From a virus (taxonomy: Duplodnaviria; Heunggongvirae; Uroviricota; Caudoviricetes), in the IMG/VR virus record IMGVR_UViG_2585427783_000007: 26,156 nt of DNA; one strand, 5' to 3'. Below the pieces are notes generated by a model that did no database searches, was not told the DNA's origin, and saw nothing but the letters and a program-made list of their open reading frames with translations. Numbering within the stretch: the first letter of the stretch is position 1; every line of letters starts with the position of its first letter. Position numbers and translations under genes: made by a program. Shown here piece after piece: positions 6,090 to 14,449 of the stretch.

Positions 6090-8912
6090 ATGACGGCAGA
6101 GTACCTCAGGGACTGGCAACAACCGCGCCACGCAGTGGGGCGTGAAGGAACGGGGATCCCCGCTCCTGAATCCGCGCTTTCCTCCTGGCTGGATGCCTAC
6201 CGGGCAGAGAACGAGCGCCGCCAGGAAATGGCTGATGCGGCGTTCTCAGCCACGCCGCTGGGCAACCTGATTAATAAAAGCCTGGACGCACAGGAAAAAC
6301 AGGACAAAACCATCACACTGGCAGGAGACGCCAGAAAACAGGCACGTGGCGCGGTGGATGAAGCCATGGCCTCGCTGCGCCTGCTGCCGTCCTATCTGCG
6401 CGATCCGCTTATTCGCCACCTCTCCTTCCTGCGCAAAAAACAGGAAGCCGATCGCCGGAAAGGCAAAAAGAGCTGGCAGGCGGAACGCTATGCACGCGGA
6501 ACCCTGCGCAAAATATTCGAACGTCTGGATAGCACTGACGGACGCTGGCTGACACCGGGTTATCGCTCCCTTGCCGGACGCGAACGCCTGGACGATTTGC
6601 TTTACCTGCCGCAGCTCAACAAACACCAGATACAGACGCTGGCCACCATGACGGCGGCGATGTTCAGCAGCACCTTCGAAAAACTCTGCGATGGCTTTGG
6701 CGCGACCGATGGCGAGCTGACCATGGATGTAACCCTGAAGGCGTATCAGATGCTGGCCCGCATGGCGTTACACCTGCACGCCATGCCTCCACATTATGAC
6801 GCACTGACAACAGACAAAGACCGGAGGAACGAACCGGACACGGAGCTGCTGCCGGGCGCAATCCTTCGCCTGACCTGTGCGGAATGGTGGAAACGCAAAC
6901 TGTGGCTGTTACGTTGCGAGTGGAGAGAAGAACAACTCCGCGCCGCCTGTCTGGTTTCCAGAAAAACATCACCCTATCTGAGCCAGGACGCGTTAAGCGA
7001 GTTTCGCGCACAGCGCGAGAAAACACGCGATTTCCTGAAAAGTTTCATGCTGGAAAATGAAGACGGGTTCACGATTGATCTCGAGACAGTGTATTACGCG
7101 GGAGTAAGTAACCCGGTTCACCGTAAGGCAGAAATGATGGCCACCATGAAGGGACTGGAACTTCTGGCCGAAGCCCGTGGCGACAAAGCGGTGTTTCTGA
7201 CTGTCACCTGCCCGTCAAAATACCACGCCACAACGGAGAACGGTCATCCGAATCCCAAATGGAACGGGGCCACAATGCGCGACTCCAGCGATTACCTGGT
7301 TAACACGTTTTTTGCGGCGGTCCGCAAAAAACTGAACCGCGACGGCCTGCGCTGGTATGGCATCCGCACGGTGGAGCCTCATCATGACGGCACCGTGCAC
7401 TGGCATATGATGGTCTTTGCACATCCGGAAGAAATCGACACCATTGTGTCCCATACCCGCGATATTGCCATTCAGGAAGACCGCCACGAGCTGGGCAATG
7501 ATATTACTCCGCGCTTTAAGGTGGAGTATGTCGACGGCTCAAAAGGCACGCCAACCAGCTACATCGCCACCTACATCGGAAAGAACCTGGACAGCCGCGC
7601 CGTGGATGGCATCGACCCGAAAACGGGCAAGCCACGCATGGACCACGAAACCGGAAAATCAATGGCCGAGAGCGTGGAGCGCGCCATCGGCTGGGCGCGC
7701 CTTCACCGGGTCCGTCAGTTCCAGTTCTTTGGCATCCCCTCCCGTCAGGTGTGGCGTGAACTGCGCCGCCTTGCCAGCCAGATGGCACGCAATCCGGAAG
7801 GCCCGCAACGGCTGAAAGATGATGCAATGGATGCGGTACTCGCTGCCGCCGATGCCGGGTGTTTTGCCACCTACATTGAAAAACAGGGTGGCGTGCTTGT
7901 TCCACGCAAGGACTACCTGATTCGCACCGCCTACGACCTCGCAGATGAGCTGAACGATTACGGCGAACAGAGCGTACAGATTTACGGGATCTGGTCACCA
8001 CTCATCGGGGAATCCTCCCGTGTGTGCACGCATCCGGATAACTGGAAGCTGGTAAGACGTAAACCGGAAGCGGAAGACAGCGCCCGCGAAAATGGTTTTG
8101 ACCTTCAGGACGGCCCTGCCGCCCCTTGGACTCGTGGCAATAACTGTCCCCGTGTACAGGAAACGGACAACAACGGGACAGAACAGCCGGAAGAACGGCC
8201 AGCACCGTGGCCGCAGCTTCCTGACGGCGTTGACGTGAACGAATGGATGCGCTCACTGAAACGGCACGAACGCCGGGCGCTGATGCGTTCGCTGCGTGAC
8301 AAACAGGCAAAAAACAGCAGTGATGAAATGCAGAGCTGGACACAGAGCCGCAAACAGCAGCGGCCTTTGCCTGATAACCACGAATTACTCGCTAAAGAAT
8401 GGCGGGAATCTGCCGAATCTCTCGGCCTGCATATCGGTGAACAGCAGATGCAGCACCTGTTACGGGGCGGCAGCCTGTACGTTGACGGCAGCATCATTGC
8501 ACCGCAGGGATTTGAAATTGTACGCAAACCGGATACCCGCCCGGACAGCCGAATCACGCAGCTCTGGCAGCGCCTGAGCCGTAATCACGGCGTAAGCAGC
8601 ACGGAGATCCGCCATAACCCGGTCGCCAGCTATCTGGAACAGCTGGGGGCATCAGACCCCGAAGCCGCCGCACGTCTGGCATCCACACTTCAGCAGGACC
8701 AGAACACCATGACCCCCCCCGTTACCGTGCTTTCTGACATGCTGCGCGCCATCCGCGACGCAGAGCACGCACAGAGAATCAGTGAAACCACTGAACGTGC
8801 CCGCCGCAAAGCAGACCTGCTGCGGGGTGGCCTGACCAGTGGAAACAAAAAACAGACAGAAACGGGATTCACAAATCCCGTAAATGAGCAAAAAACGCGC
8901 CGCGATATATGA
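6090..8912 (+). CDS. A: Rolling-circle replication initiator (P2 gpA-like), 940 aa with extended C-terminus
   Basis: HUH motif in EPHHDGTVHWHMMVF and paired-tyrosine motif YIATYIGKN; N-terminal and core resemblance to P2 gpA as recalled; about 180 aa longer than the ~760-aa P2 protein. Confidence 0.9.
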   Translation: MTAEYLRDWQQPRHAVGREGTGIPAPESALSSWLDAYRAENERRQEMADAAFSATPLGNLINKSLDAQEKQDKTITLAGDARKQARGAVDEAMASLRLLPSYLRDPLIRHLSFLRKKQEADRRKGKKSWQAERYARGTLRKIFERLDSTDGRWLTPGYRSLAGRERLDDLLYLPQLNKHQIQTLATMTAAMFSSTFEKLCDGFGATDGELTMDVTLKAYQMLARMALHLHAMPPHYDALTTDKDRRNEPDTELLPGAILRLTCAEWWKRKLWLLRCEWREEQLRAACLVSRKTSPYLSQDALSEFRAQREKTRDFLKSFMLENEDGFTIDLETVYYAGVSNPVHRKAEMMATMKGLELLAEARGDKAVFLTVTCPSKYHATTENGHPNPKWNGATMRDSSDYLVNTFFAAVRKKLNRDGLRWYGIRTVEPHHDGTVHWHMMVFAHPEEIDTIVSHTRDIAIQEDRHELGNDITPRFKVEYVDGSKGTPTSYIATYIGKNLDSRAVDGIDPKTGKPRMDHETGKSMAESVERAIGWARLHRVRQFQFFGIPSRQVWRELRRLASQMARNPEGPQRLKDDAMDAVLAAADAGCFATYIEKQGGVLVPRKDYLIRTAYDLADELNDYGEQSVQIYGIWSPLIGESSRVCTHPDNWKLVRRKPEAEDSARENGFDLQDGPAAPWTRGNNCPRVQETDNNGTEQPEERPAPWPQLPDGVDVNEWMRSLKRHERRALMRSLRDKQAKNSSDEMQSWTQSRKQQRPLPDNHELLAKEWRESAESLGLHIGEQQMQHLLRGGSLYVDGSIIAPQGFEIVRKPDTRPDSRITQLWQRLSRNHGVSSTEIRHNPVASYLEQLGASDPEAAARLASTLQQDQNTMTPPVTVLSDMLRAIRDAEHAQRISETTERARRKADLLRGGLTSGNKKQTETGFTNPVNEQKTRRDI

Positions 8913-8959
8913 AGCGCACACAAAACAGGCAAAAACGGGATTTCAGAATCCCGTAAACG
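8849..8959. repeat. Two 38-bp direct repeats (31/38 identical), each with an 8-bp perfect hairpin ACGGGATT-N4-AATCCCGT; candidate centromere or operator
   Basis: Unit 1 at 8849-8886 (inside the last codons of A), unit 2 at 8922-8959 (30 bp upstream of the parM ATG); mismatches cluster in the hairpin loops. Confidence 0.6.
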
Positions 8960-8988
8960 ATTAATTAATCAACATAAGGAAAAGCGAC

Positions 8989-9948
8989 ATGAAAATTTGT
9001 ATCGACGACGGCTCCACCAACATCAAGCTGGCATGGACTGAGAATGGCGAACGCCGCAACGCCATCAGCCCGAACAGCTTCAAGTCGGAATGGTCTGCGC
9101 CGTTCGGTGGCATGCAGCCCGCGAACTACATGCTTGATGGCGTGCGCTATGGTTTTGATCCGGTTAGCGATCGCTTTGTCCAGACGACCGACACGCAATA
9201 CCAGTACAGCGATGTGAATGTAATCGCCATTCATCACGCGCTGGTCAAATCAGGCATCACGCCACAGGAGGTGGATGTGGTTGTCACCCTGCCACTGAGC
9301 GAGTATTTCGACACAAACGCACAGCCGGACATGGCCAACATCAACCGCAAAAAAGCGAACGTTATGCGCCCGGTGGAGTACCAGAACGGCGAAGCATTCA
9401 CTATCCGTAACGTGCGGGTTATGCCTGAATCCATTCCGGCTGGCTTTAAAGCACTGGCTGACATGAGTCCGTTTGAATCCCTGCTGATTGTGGATTTAGG
9501 CGGAACCACGCTGGATGTGGCAAAGGTTCAGGGGCAACTGGCAGGTATCAGCCAGGTGTTTTGCGATCCACACGTAGGCGTCTCCCTGATGGCCGGTGCC
9601 GTGCTGTCGGTGATGGCCGCTAACGGTATGCGTACCAGTCACCACATCGCCAATACCATTATCGAACATCGCCATGATGAAGCCTGGTTGCGCCAACACA
9701 TCCACAATGACGCGCATTACGCCAGCCTGATGGCGGTTATTCGTGAAAAGGAAGAAACACTGAAACAACGCGTGATCCGCGCGCTGGCGGGTTTTTCGGG
9801 TTACGGGCGGGTGATGGTTGTCGGTGGCGGGGCGGAGATTGTGGCACCCGCTATCCGCGAAGCCTGCGGAGTTAATGCGACTTTCATCGCGGACGAGGTG
9901 CCACAGTTTGCTCTGGTTAATGGGCTGTACGCAATGGACAAGGAGTAA
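8989..9948 (+). CDS. parM: ParM/StbA-family actin-like segregation ATPase
   Basis: 319 aa; MKICIDDGSTNIKLAW..., ...LLIVDLGGTTLDV..., ...VMVVGGGAEI... are actin/ASKHA phosphate and adenosine motifs; co-linear resemblance over the whole length to plasmid R1 ParM as I recall it. AAGGA RBS 8 nt upstream. Confidence 0.85.
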   Translation: MKICIDDGSTNIKLAWTENGERRNAISPNSFKSEWSAPFGGMQPANYMLDGVRYGFDPVSDRFVQTTDTQYQYSDVNVIAIHHALVKSGITPQEVDVVVTLPLSEYFDTNAQPDMANINRKKANVMRPVEYQNGEAFTIRNVRVMPESIPAGFKALADMSPFESLLIVDLGGTTLDVAKVQGQLAGISQVFCDPHVGVSLMAGAVLSVMAANGMRTSHHIANTIIEHRHDEAWLRQHIHNDAHYASLMAVIREKEETLKQRVIRALAGFSGYGRVMVVGGGAEIVAPAIREACGVNATFIADEVPQFALVNGLYAMDKE

Positions 9949-9952
9949 ACCA

Positions 9953-10267
9953 ATGACGACACCAACCAGACGGATAAGTTTCTATCTGAAGCCAGTCGCC
10001 GTCAATAGTGAACGGGAGGCGTGTAATTACCTCGACAGCCTGCCAGCCTCTGAACGCAGCCGCGCGCAACGCGCGGCCTTTCTGGCCGGGCTGGCACTCA
10101 TAAAACGCGATCCTGCATTTGCCTATTGGTTGGCCGAATGGCCGGAAGAAGGAGCTGCGCCAGCCAAGAATAATATTCAGAGTAAATATGCCAGCACACC
10201 TGCCACCGGAAGCAATCACAGCACTAGCGAGATAAGAAAGAACATTCAGTCATTTTTCCCAGAGTGA
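9953..10267 (+). CDS. parR: ParR-like centromere-binding adaptor (104 aa)
   Basis: ATG at 9953 with AGGAG inside the parM 3' end; N-terminal RRISFYLKP...LDSLPASERSRAQRAAFLAGLAL matches the pattern of the R1 ParR ribbon-helix-helix region as recalled; follows parM as in R1. Confidence 0.7.
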   Translation: MTTPTRRISFYLKPVAVNSEREACNYLDSLPASERSRAQRAAFLAGLALIKRDPAFAYWLAEWPEEGAAPAKNNIQSKYASTPATGSNHSTSEIRKNIQSFFPE

Positions 10268-10286
10268 AAACAGGAGAGGAGCATCT

Positions 10287-10721
10287 ATGGCAACTATCCC
10301 CAAAAAATGGTTACAACGCAAAATTGCAGACCTTGAATCGTGTCGTGAAGACATCCCGTTTGGCCTTGATGAAAACGATCACAATATGTTAATCGCACTG
10401 AAAATCGCACTCACATCGCTGGAAGCAGAGCCAGTTATGTTCTGTATATCAGGACAAAATGTAGATTCAGAAGAACATGTATCAACCAGCAAAGCGGTTG
10501 TTGATGCCTGGGTTGAAGAATGGAATCAGGTTGACGGAAGTCCAGGCGAACCACTGTACAAAACTATGCCACTCTACTATCACGCTGCCTTGCCAGCGCC
10601 GGTAGTGCCGGATGAAATGTATTGGCAGGATGCGCCAGTTGAAGGCAGCAGCAAAGCGGCTGCATACGCTACAGGCTGGAACGCCTGCCGCGCCGCTATG
10701 CTTCATGGGAAAGGAGAGTGA
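10287..10721 (+). CDS. Hypothetical acidic protein (144 aa)
   Basis: ATG at 10287 with AGGAGAGGAG RBS; same operon as parMR; no family recognised. Confidence 0.6.
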   Translation: MATIPKKWLQRKIADLESCREDIPFGLDENDHNMLIALKIALTSLEAEPVMFCISGQNVDSEEHVSTSKAVVDAWVEEWNQVDGSPGEPLYKTMPLYYHAALPAPVVPDEMYWQDAPVEGSSKAAAYATGWNACRAAMLHGKGE

Positions 10722-10722
10722 T

Positions 10723-10986
10723 ATGGCAACTTTAACAAAAAAAGAACGGGCATGGTTGAACGAATTACAGGACGTTCTTGATCGCTGCCCATCACCGAAA
10801 AAAATTGGTTTTTACACCATTGGCGATAAAAGCATTTACCTGTATGACCTGCGCCGCATGGATGAAATCATGGAGGCTCTTGATAATCGTTCTTCGATGG
10901 ATTGGTGTGTTGCTGTCCATGATATGAATGCAGGGTTTGATGAAAAGATTTTGTTCCCCTCATCAGTTGAAAGCACAGCAGGATAA
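10723..10986 (+). CDS. Hypothetical acidic protein (87 aa)
   Basis: ATG at 10723, 1 nt after the upstream stop, with AAGGAG 6 nt upstream; last gene before a terminator. Confidence 0.6.
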   Translation: MATLTKKERAWLNELQDVLDRCPSPKKIGFYTIGDKSIYLYDLRRMDEIMEALDNRSSMDWCVAVHDMNAGFDEKILFPSSVESTAG

Positions 10987-11021
10987 GGACCCAGCAAATA
11001 TACACAACCTATAAAACACTA

Positions 11022-11048
11022 AAGCGCCTCAGGGGCGCTTTTTGTTTG
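11022..11048 (+). terminator. Intrinsic terminator ending the parM-parR-unknown operon
   Basis: AAGCGCC-TCAGG-GGCGCTT (7-bp stem) followed by TTTGTTTG, 35 bp after the last stop codon. Confidence 0.55.
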
Positions 11049-11073
11049 CACAAAAGTGCACAAATTTGCACAA
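11047..11073. repeat. Three TGCACAA direct repeats at exact 10-bp phasing
   Basis: TGCACAA at 11047, 11057 and 11067, one helical turn apart, followed by a T7 run; likely a protein-binding array in the cos-proximal region. Confidence 0.4.
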
Positions 11074-11319
11074 TTTTTTTGAACGACTTTTTACCCTTCC
11101 GGCCCGCATGGCGGCTGGATCCGTCAAGGATCCGTGCGTGCACAAAAAAACGCGTTTTTTCTGCGCGCAGGTGACGGGGGAACAGCCCGCGTTTCAGGGG
11201 GTAAATAGCACTCCCTGAACGATGTCGCAGAGATACAACAGAATGGCTGTATTTCTCACGCTGAGCGTGAAAAAGACGTGAGGGCTTTTGATTTGATGGG
11301 GTGGCAGATAAGGCCGTCA

Positions 11320-11350
11320 AAATCGCACTGAGGCGGCGAAAACATGCAGT
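11320..11350. other. Candidate cos (cohesive-end) site
   Basis: GAGGCGGCGAAAACATGCA, about 150 bp from the Q stop, partially resembles the P2/186 cohesive-end sequence as I recall it (roughly 13 of 19 positions). The position between the A-side cargo and Q matches P2. Low confidence; memory-based. Confidence 0.3.
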
Positions 11351-11497
11351 CAGCGCAGTGGGATTGCGTAAGAGTCTGACCGTCGATGATGGCAATAAGC
11401 AGGAAAGCGTCGTGAAATTATCTGATTGATACAGGAGCTGGAGAGTCGGGGCATAAATTTTTTATGCCCCGGCGAAGCAGCAGACAAGCGAAGCGCG

Positions 11498-12544
11498 TCA
11501 GGATGTGGGCTGGGTGTCTAACAGTGCGTAAGGGTTAAAGCGGATCACCTCTTCGCCAAGCCAGTCATTGATGTGCTTCATGGCCTCCATGACAGGCATC
11601 AGCTCGTTAATTGCGTAAACCCGCGCGGCCTTCTCCACATCACCAAACGCACTTTTTTCGCCCGGCATCGCCCCCATCAGTTGCGGCGGAACGCGGTGCG
11701 CAGCCAGCACATCATCACGGGATGCCGCCTTAACATTCATGAACTCATCTTTTGCGGTGATCTGCTGGAACGGCAAAATTTGCACCCCCTCTTTGCCCCC
11801 GTTGGGCGCATGAATGAGCACGTTTTTAAATGCACCACCACCACGCGCACCCTGTAACGTTTCTTTCAGGGAGTCCATGCTTTCGCGGTTTACCTGCGCT
11901 GCACCGATGTAGATGATGCACCCGGCGTGGGATCCGTTGTCGTAGTACAGTTTTCTGAACATGTCCGCCGAATGAGAAAGGCTGGCCGAGAGTAATGCGC
12001 CAAGATATTCCGGCATGCCGTAGATTTCCTGGTTAATATCCGGATTCATCAGGTGGCACACTTTGCCAGGGCGAAACTGGAACGCGTCCTTGCCATCCTG
12101 CACATACCACCATGATTCAAGATCGCTTCCGCGTCGCATGTATTTCGCCAGGGCGTGCCGTAATTTAAGCGGTTCGCCGAGCATATTGCTACGAAGCTCA
12201 AGGAATGCGTTACCGAACACAAACCAGTCCAGCGCCAGCGCCGAGAAATCCTGCCGGGAAAGCAGCGGGTGCGGGATGTAGCAACCGAGTAATACATTGC
12301 GCTTAAAGTAAAGCGCAGACTGATGCCAGGACGTTTGCCGGGCAGCTCTTGCCAGACCGTACCAGTCCACCGGGGTTTCATACCACCGCCCGTTATCAGC
12401 ACAGTACATATTATCCAGCAGGTCATGCCCGGTCAGGCGATAAGGACCATCAAATGTGAATGCACTGAGCGATGATTCTTTCCTGAGCGCATCAGCGAGA
12501 TCAATGCGTGAACTCATGCGCACTTTTTTATTTTTTCTGCTCAT
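11498..12544 (-). CDS. Q: Portal protein (P2 gpQ-like), 348 aa
   Basis: Size and position next to cos and downstream of the terminase on the minus strand; its ATG overlaps the P stop (ATGA). Confidence 0.85.
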   Translation of the reverse strand: MSRKNKKVRMSSRIDLADALRKESSLSAFTFDGPYRLTGHDLLDNMYCADNGRWYETPVDWYGLARAARQTSWHQSALYFKRNVLLGCYIPHPLLSRQDFSALALDWFVFGNAFLELRSNMLGEPLKLRHALAKYMRRGSDLESWWYVQDGKDAFQFRPGKVCHLMNPDINQEIYGMPEYLGALLSASLSHSADMFRKLYYDNGSHAGCIIYIGAAQVNRESMDSLKETLQGARGGGAFKNVLIHAPNGGKEGVQILPFQQITAKDEFMNVKAASRDDVLAAHRVPPQLMGAMPGEKSAFGDVEKAARVYAINELMPVMEAMKHINDWLGEEVIRFNPYALLDTQPTS

Positions 12545-14295
12545 CAGAACTCCATAACCGTGAAACGCTCGTTTTCTCCTTCGCCGCCAATCGGTTCGTT
12601 AATGACAGCAAGCATGGTTGCCCACGCAAGGTCGCCGTGGCTGATCCCCCTCGCTCGGTCCGTTTCGTAAGTGATAAAGCCGCCCGGTGTTTTCACCTTA
12701 CGCACGGCGTTAAAGGCCGCGACCAGCTCGCGTTCGGCGCGATCGTATTCCCACCGCCCGGCACGCATTATTTGCAGCATTTTCAGTACCAGCGACCGTT
12801 TTGATGACAGCGTGAAGGTGTACGGAATAGCAGCAGGGAAAAACCGTTTCACTATCTGATAAACAGCCTCCCCGTTCCCGCCCGTCACATCAATGCCGAT
12901 GTGTTCCACGTTATAGCGACACGTGAACTCTTCAATGACTCTGGCCTGTTCTTCAAACTCCAGCCCCTGAACGCGTCGCGTCTCCACCGTTCGGAAACGG
13001 CCACCAGGAACAGCCGGAGGAACCACCACGGACACAGCACCGCTGTCGCCGTTGCCACTGCTGCCGTTTGCGTCATACCCAATCCATACCGGACGATTCC
13101 CCATCGGGCGGGGAGCAAAAGGTTTCCAGTCTTTCCAGTCGTCGTATCCGTCAACACCGCAGCCAATCAGGATATTCAGGTTAAATGCCGATTCCCCTTC
13201 GCGGACAAACTCACACATATAGAGATTGAGGAACTCGTCTTCGGTGTTTTCATCACGAATTTCGTCGATATCGGTGTGTTTCCAGCCGTGATTAACCACA
13301 TCTTCCAGCGTGACAATTTGCCGCCAAGTCCGGTCAGGGCAGATAAGCCCGTTATGCAGCGTTTTCCAGTCCACAGAAAAACGCTGGCGTTTATGCGAGG
13401 CCTTTTTCTCGTTCCAGCGGTCGCCGTTCCAGTAGGCGTACGCCTCGTGCGTTTCGGTGGATGGCGTGGAGAAGTAGGTGCGCCGCAGTCCGCTGAGGGT
13501 TGCCATAGCGCCAGCCACCTTGCGCAGTTCAGCAAAGCGACTGACCCAGAAAAATTCATCAAAATAAAAATTGCCCGTATAGGACTGTGCCGACGCAGCA
13601 GAAGTGCCGAGAAAATGCAGCTCTGCGCCGTTGGAGAGGATGATTTTATCGCCCCCTTTCAGCTCCACATCAACTTCAGCCGCGACCTTCTGAATAATGC
13701 TTTTAAACTGGAACGCCTGACGACGCGACGCAGACAAAAAAATCTGGTTACGCTGGTAAGGTTGCGCCACATCGTCACGCAGCGCCATCAGCAGAGCTTC
13801 CTGTGCAAAATACCAGGTCGCCCCAATCTGTCGGGATTTCAGGATCATCCTGTTACGTATCCCGGCTTCCCTGCAAAGTGTCAGGGAGTCAAACCAGCCC
13901 CGCTGATGCCACTCCAGCCTGCTGATGATTTTTTCCCGCAGTGCGGCAATCTGTTCCGGCGTGAAATGATTTTTAAGTTTTTTCGCCCGGCCTTTCTTTC
14001 CTGCGGCCATCACATCCGGCTGGCCATCATGCAGCTTTTTAAGCTGCCGGGTCAGCAGGTCTATTTCCTTAAAGTCACCGCCTGTTTTATTCTGTTTTTC
14101 AGTAAGCTGGATGAGGCGCGCATCGATGGACTGCGTGACACGCTGCACGGGGGGCGTTTCATCCCACTGGTCGCGTTTTTTCCACGCATAAATCGTGTTC
14201 GGGTTTATTCCCATCAGACGTGATATTTCTGCGGGCGGATAACCCTGCCAGTAAAGTTGCCGCGCACGCTGGCGCACAAAAGCGTCCTGAATCAT
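12544..14295 (-). CDS. P: Terminase large (ATPase/nuclease) subunit (P2 gpP-like), 583 aa
   Basis: Size and position, divergent from the scaffold gene exactly as P2 P/O; N-terminal HTH-like segment; translationally coupled to the portal gene. Confidence 0.85.
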   Translation of the reverse strand: MIQDAFVRQRARQLYWQGYPPAEISRLMGINPNTIYAWKKRDQWDETPPVQRVTQSIDARLIQLTEKQNKTGGDFKEIDLLTRQLKKLHDGQPDVMAAGKKGRAKKLKNHFTPEQIAALREKIISRLEWHQRGWFDSLTLCREAGIRNRMILKSRQIGATWYFAQEALLMALRDDVAQPYQRNQIFLSASRRQAFQFKSIIQKVAAEVDVELKGGDKIILSNGAELHFLGTSAASAQSYTGNFYFDEFFWVSRFAELRKVAGAMATLSGLRRTYFSTPSTETHEAYAYWNGDRWNEKKASHKRQRFSVDWKTLHNGLICPDRTWRQIVTLEDVVNHGWKHTDIDEIRDENTEDEFLNLYMCEFVREGESAFNLNILIGCGVDGYDDWKDWKPFAPRPMGNRPVWIGYDANGSSGNGDSGAVSVVVPPAVPGGRFRTVETRRVQGLEFEEQARVIEEFTCRYNVEHIGIDVTGGNGEAVYQIVKRFFPAAIPYTFTLSSKRSLVLKMLQIMRAGRWEYDRAERELVAAFNAVRKVKTPGGFITYETDRARGISHGDLAWATMLAVINEPIGGEGENERFTVMEF

Positions 14296-14449
14296 TGCTC
14301 CCCCTGAGTAATTACAGGAAGATTACCCGCGCGCGAAACCGTTCTCCTTAACCCCCTGTTCTGGCCGTTTTCTTACAACAAAAGCCCTTTGTATCAGCCT
14401 GTTACGCTTTGCCATCATGACTGAAGAACCAGTCAGAGGGGCAAAAACT
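14296..14449. promoter_or_regulatory. Divergent late promoter region between P and O
   Basis: 154-bp intergenic region between divergently transcribed late genes; in P2 this carries the Ogr-activated promoters. Promoter elements not mapped. Confidence 0.3.

Noticed and set aside
7516-8557. Several minus-strand ORFs of 113-161 aa inside gene A
   Set aside because: All are antisense to the strongly supported A reading frame and have cysteine/arginine-rich, low-complexity translations.
8849-8959. Hairpin repeats as intrinsic terminators
   Set aside because: No T-run follows either hairpin on the plus strand. On the minus strand T-runs do follow, but no minus-strand gene converges on them. A binding-site interpretation fits better.
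8913-11497. Expected tin/old-type defence genes (OLD-family ATPase-Toprim nuclease) in the A-Q hotspot
   Set aside because: None of the four ORFs here has ATPase Walker motifs plus a nuclease-like C-terminus; the locus instead encodes ParM/ParR-like proteins and two small acidic proteins.
12901-14223. 440-aa plus-strand ORF
   Set aside because: Lies entirely antisense to the terminase large subunit gene, has low-complexity R/P/A-rich composition and no RBS; a shadow ORF.
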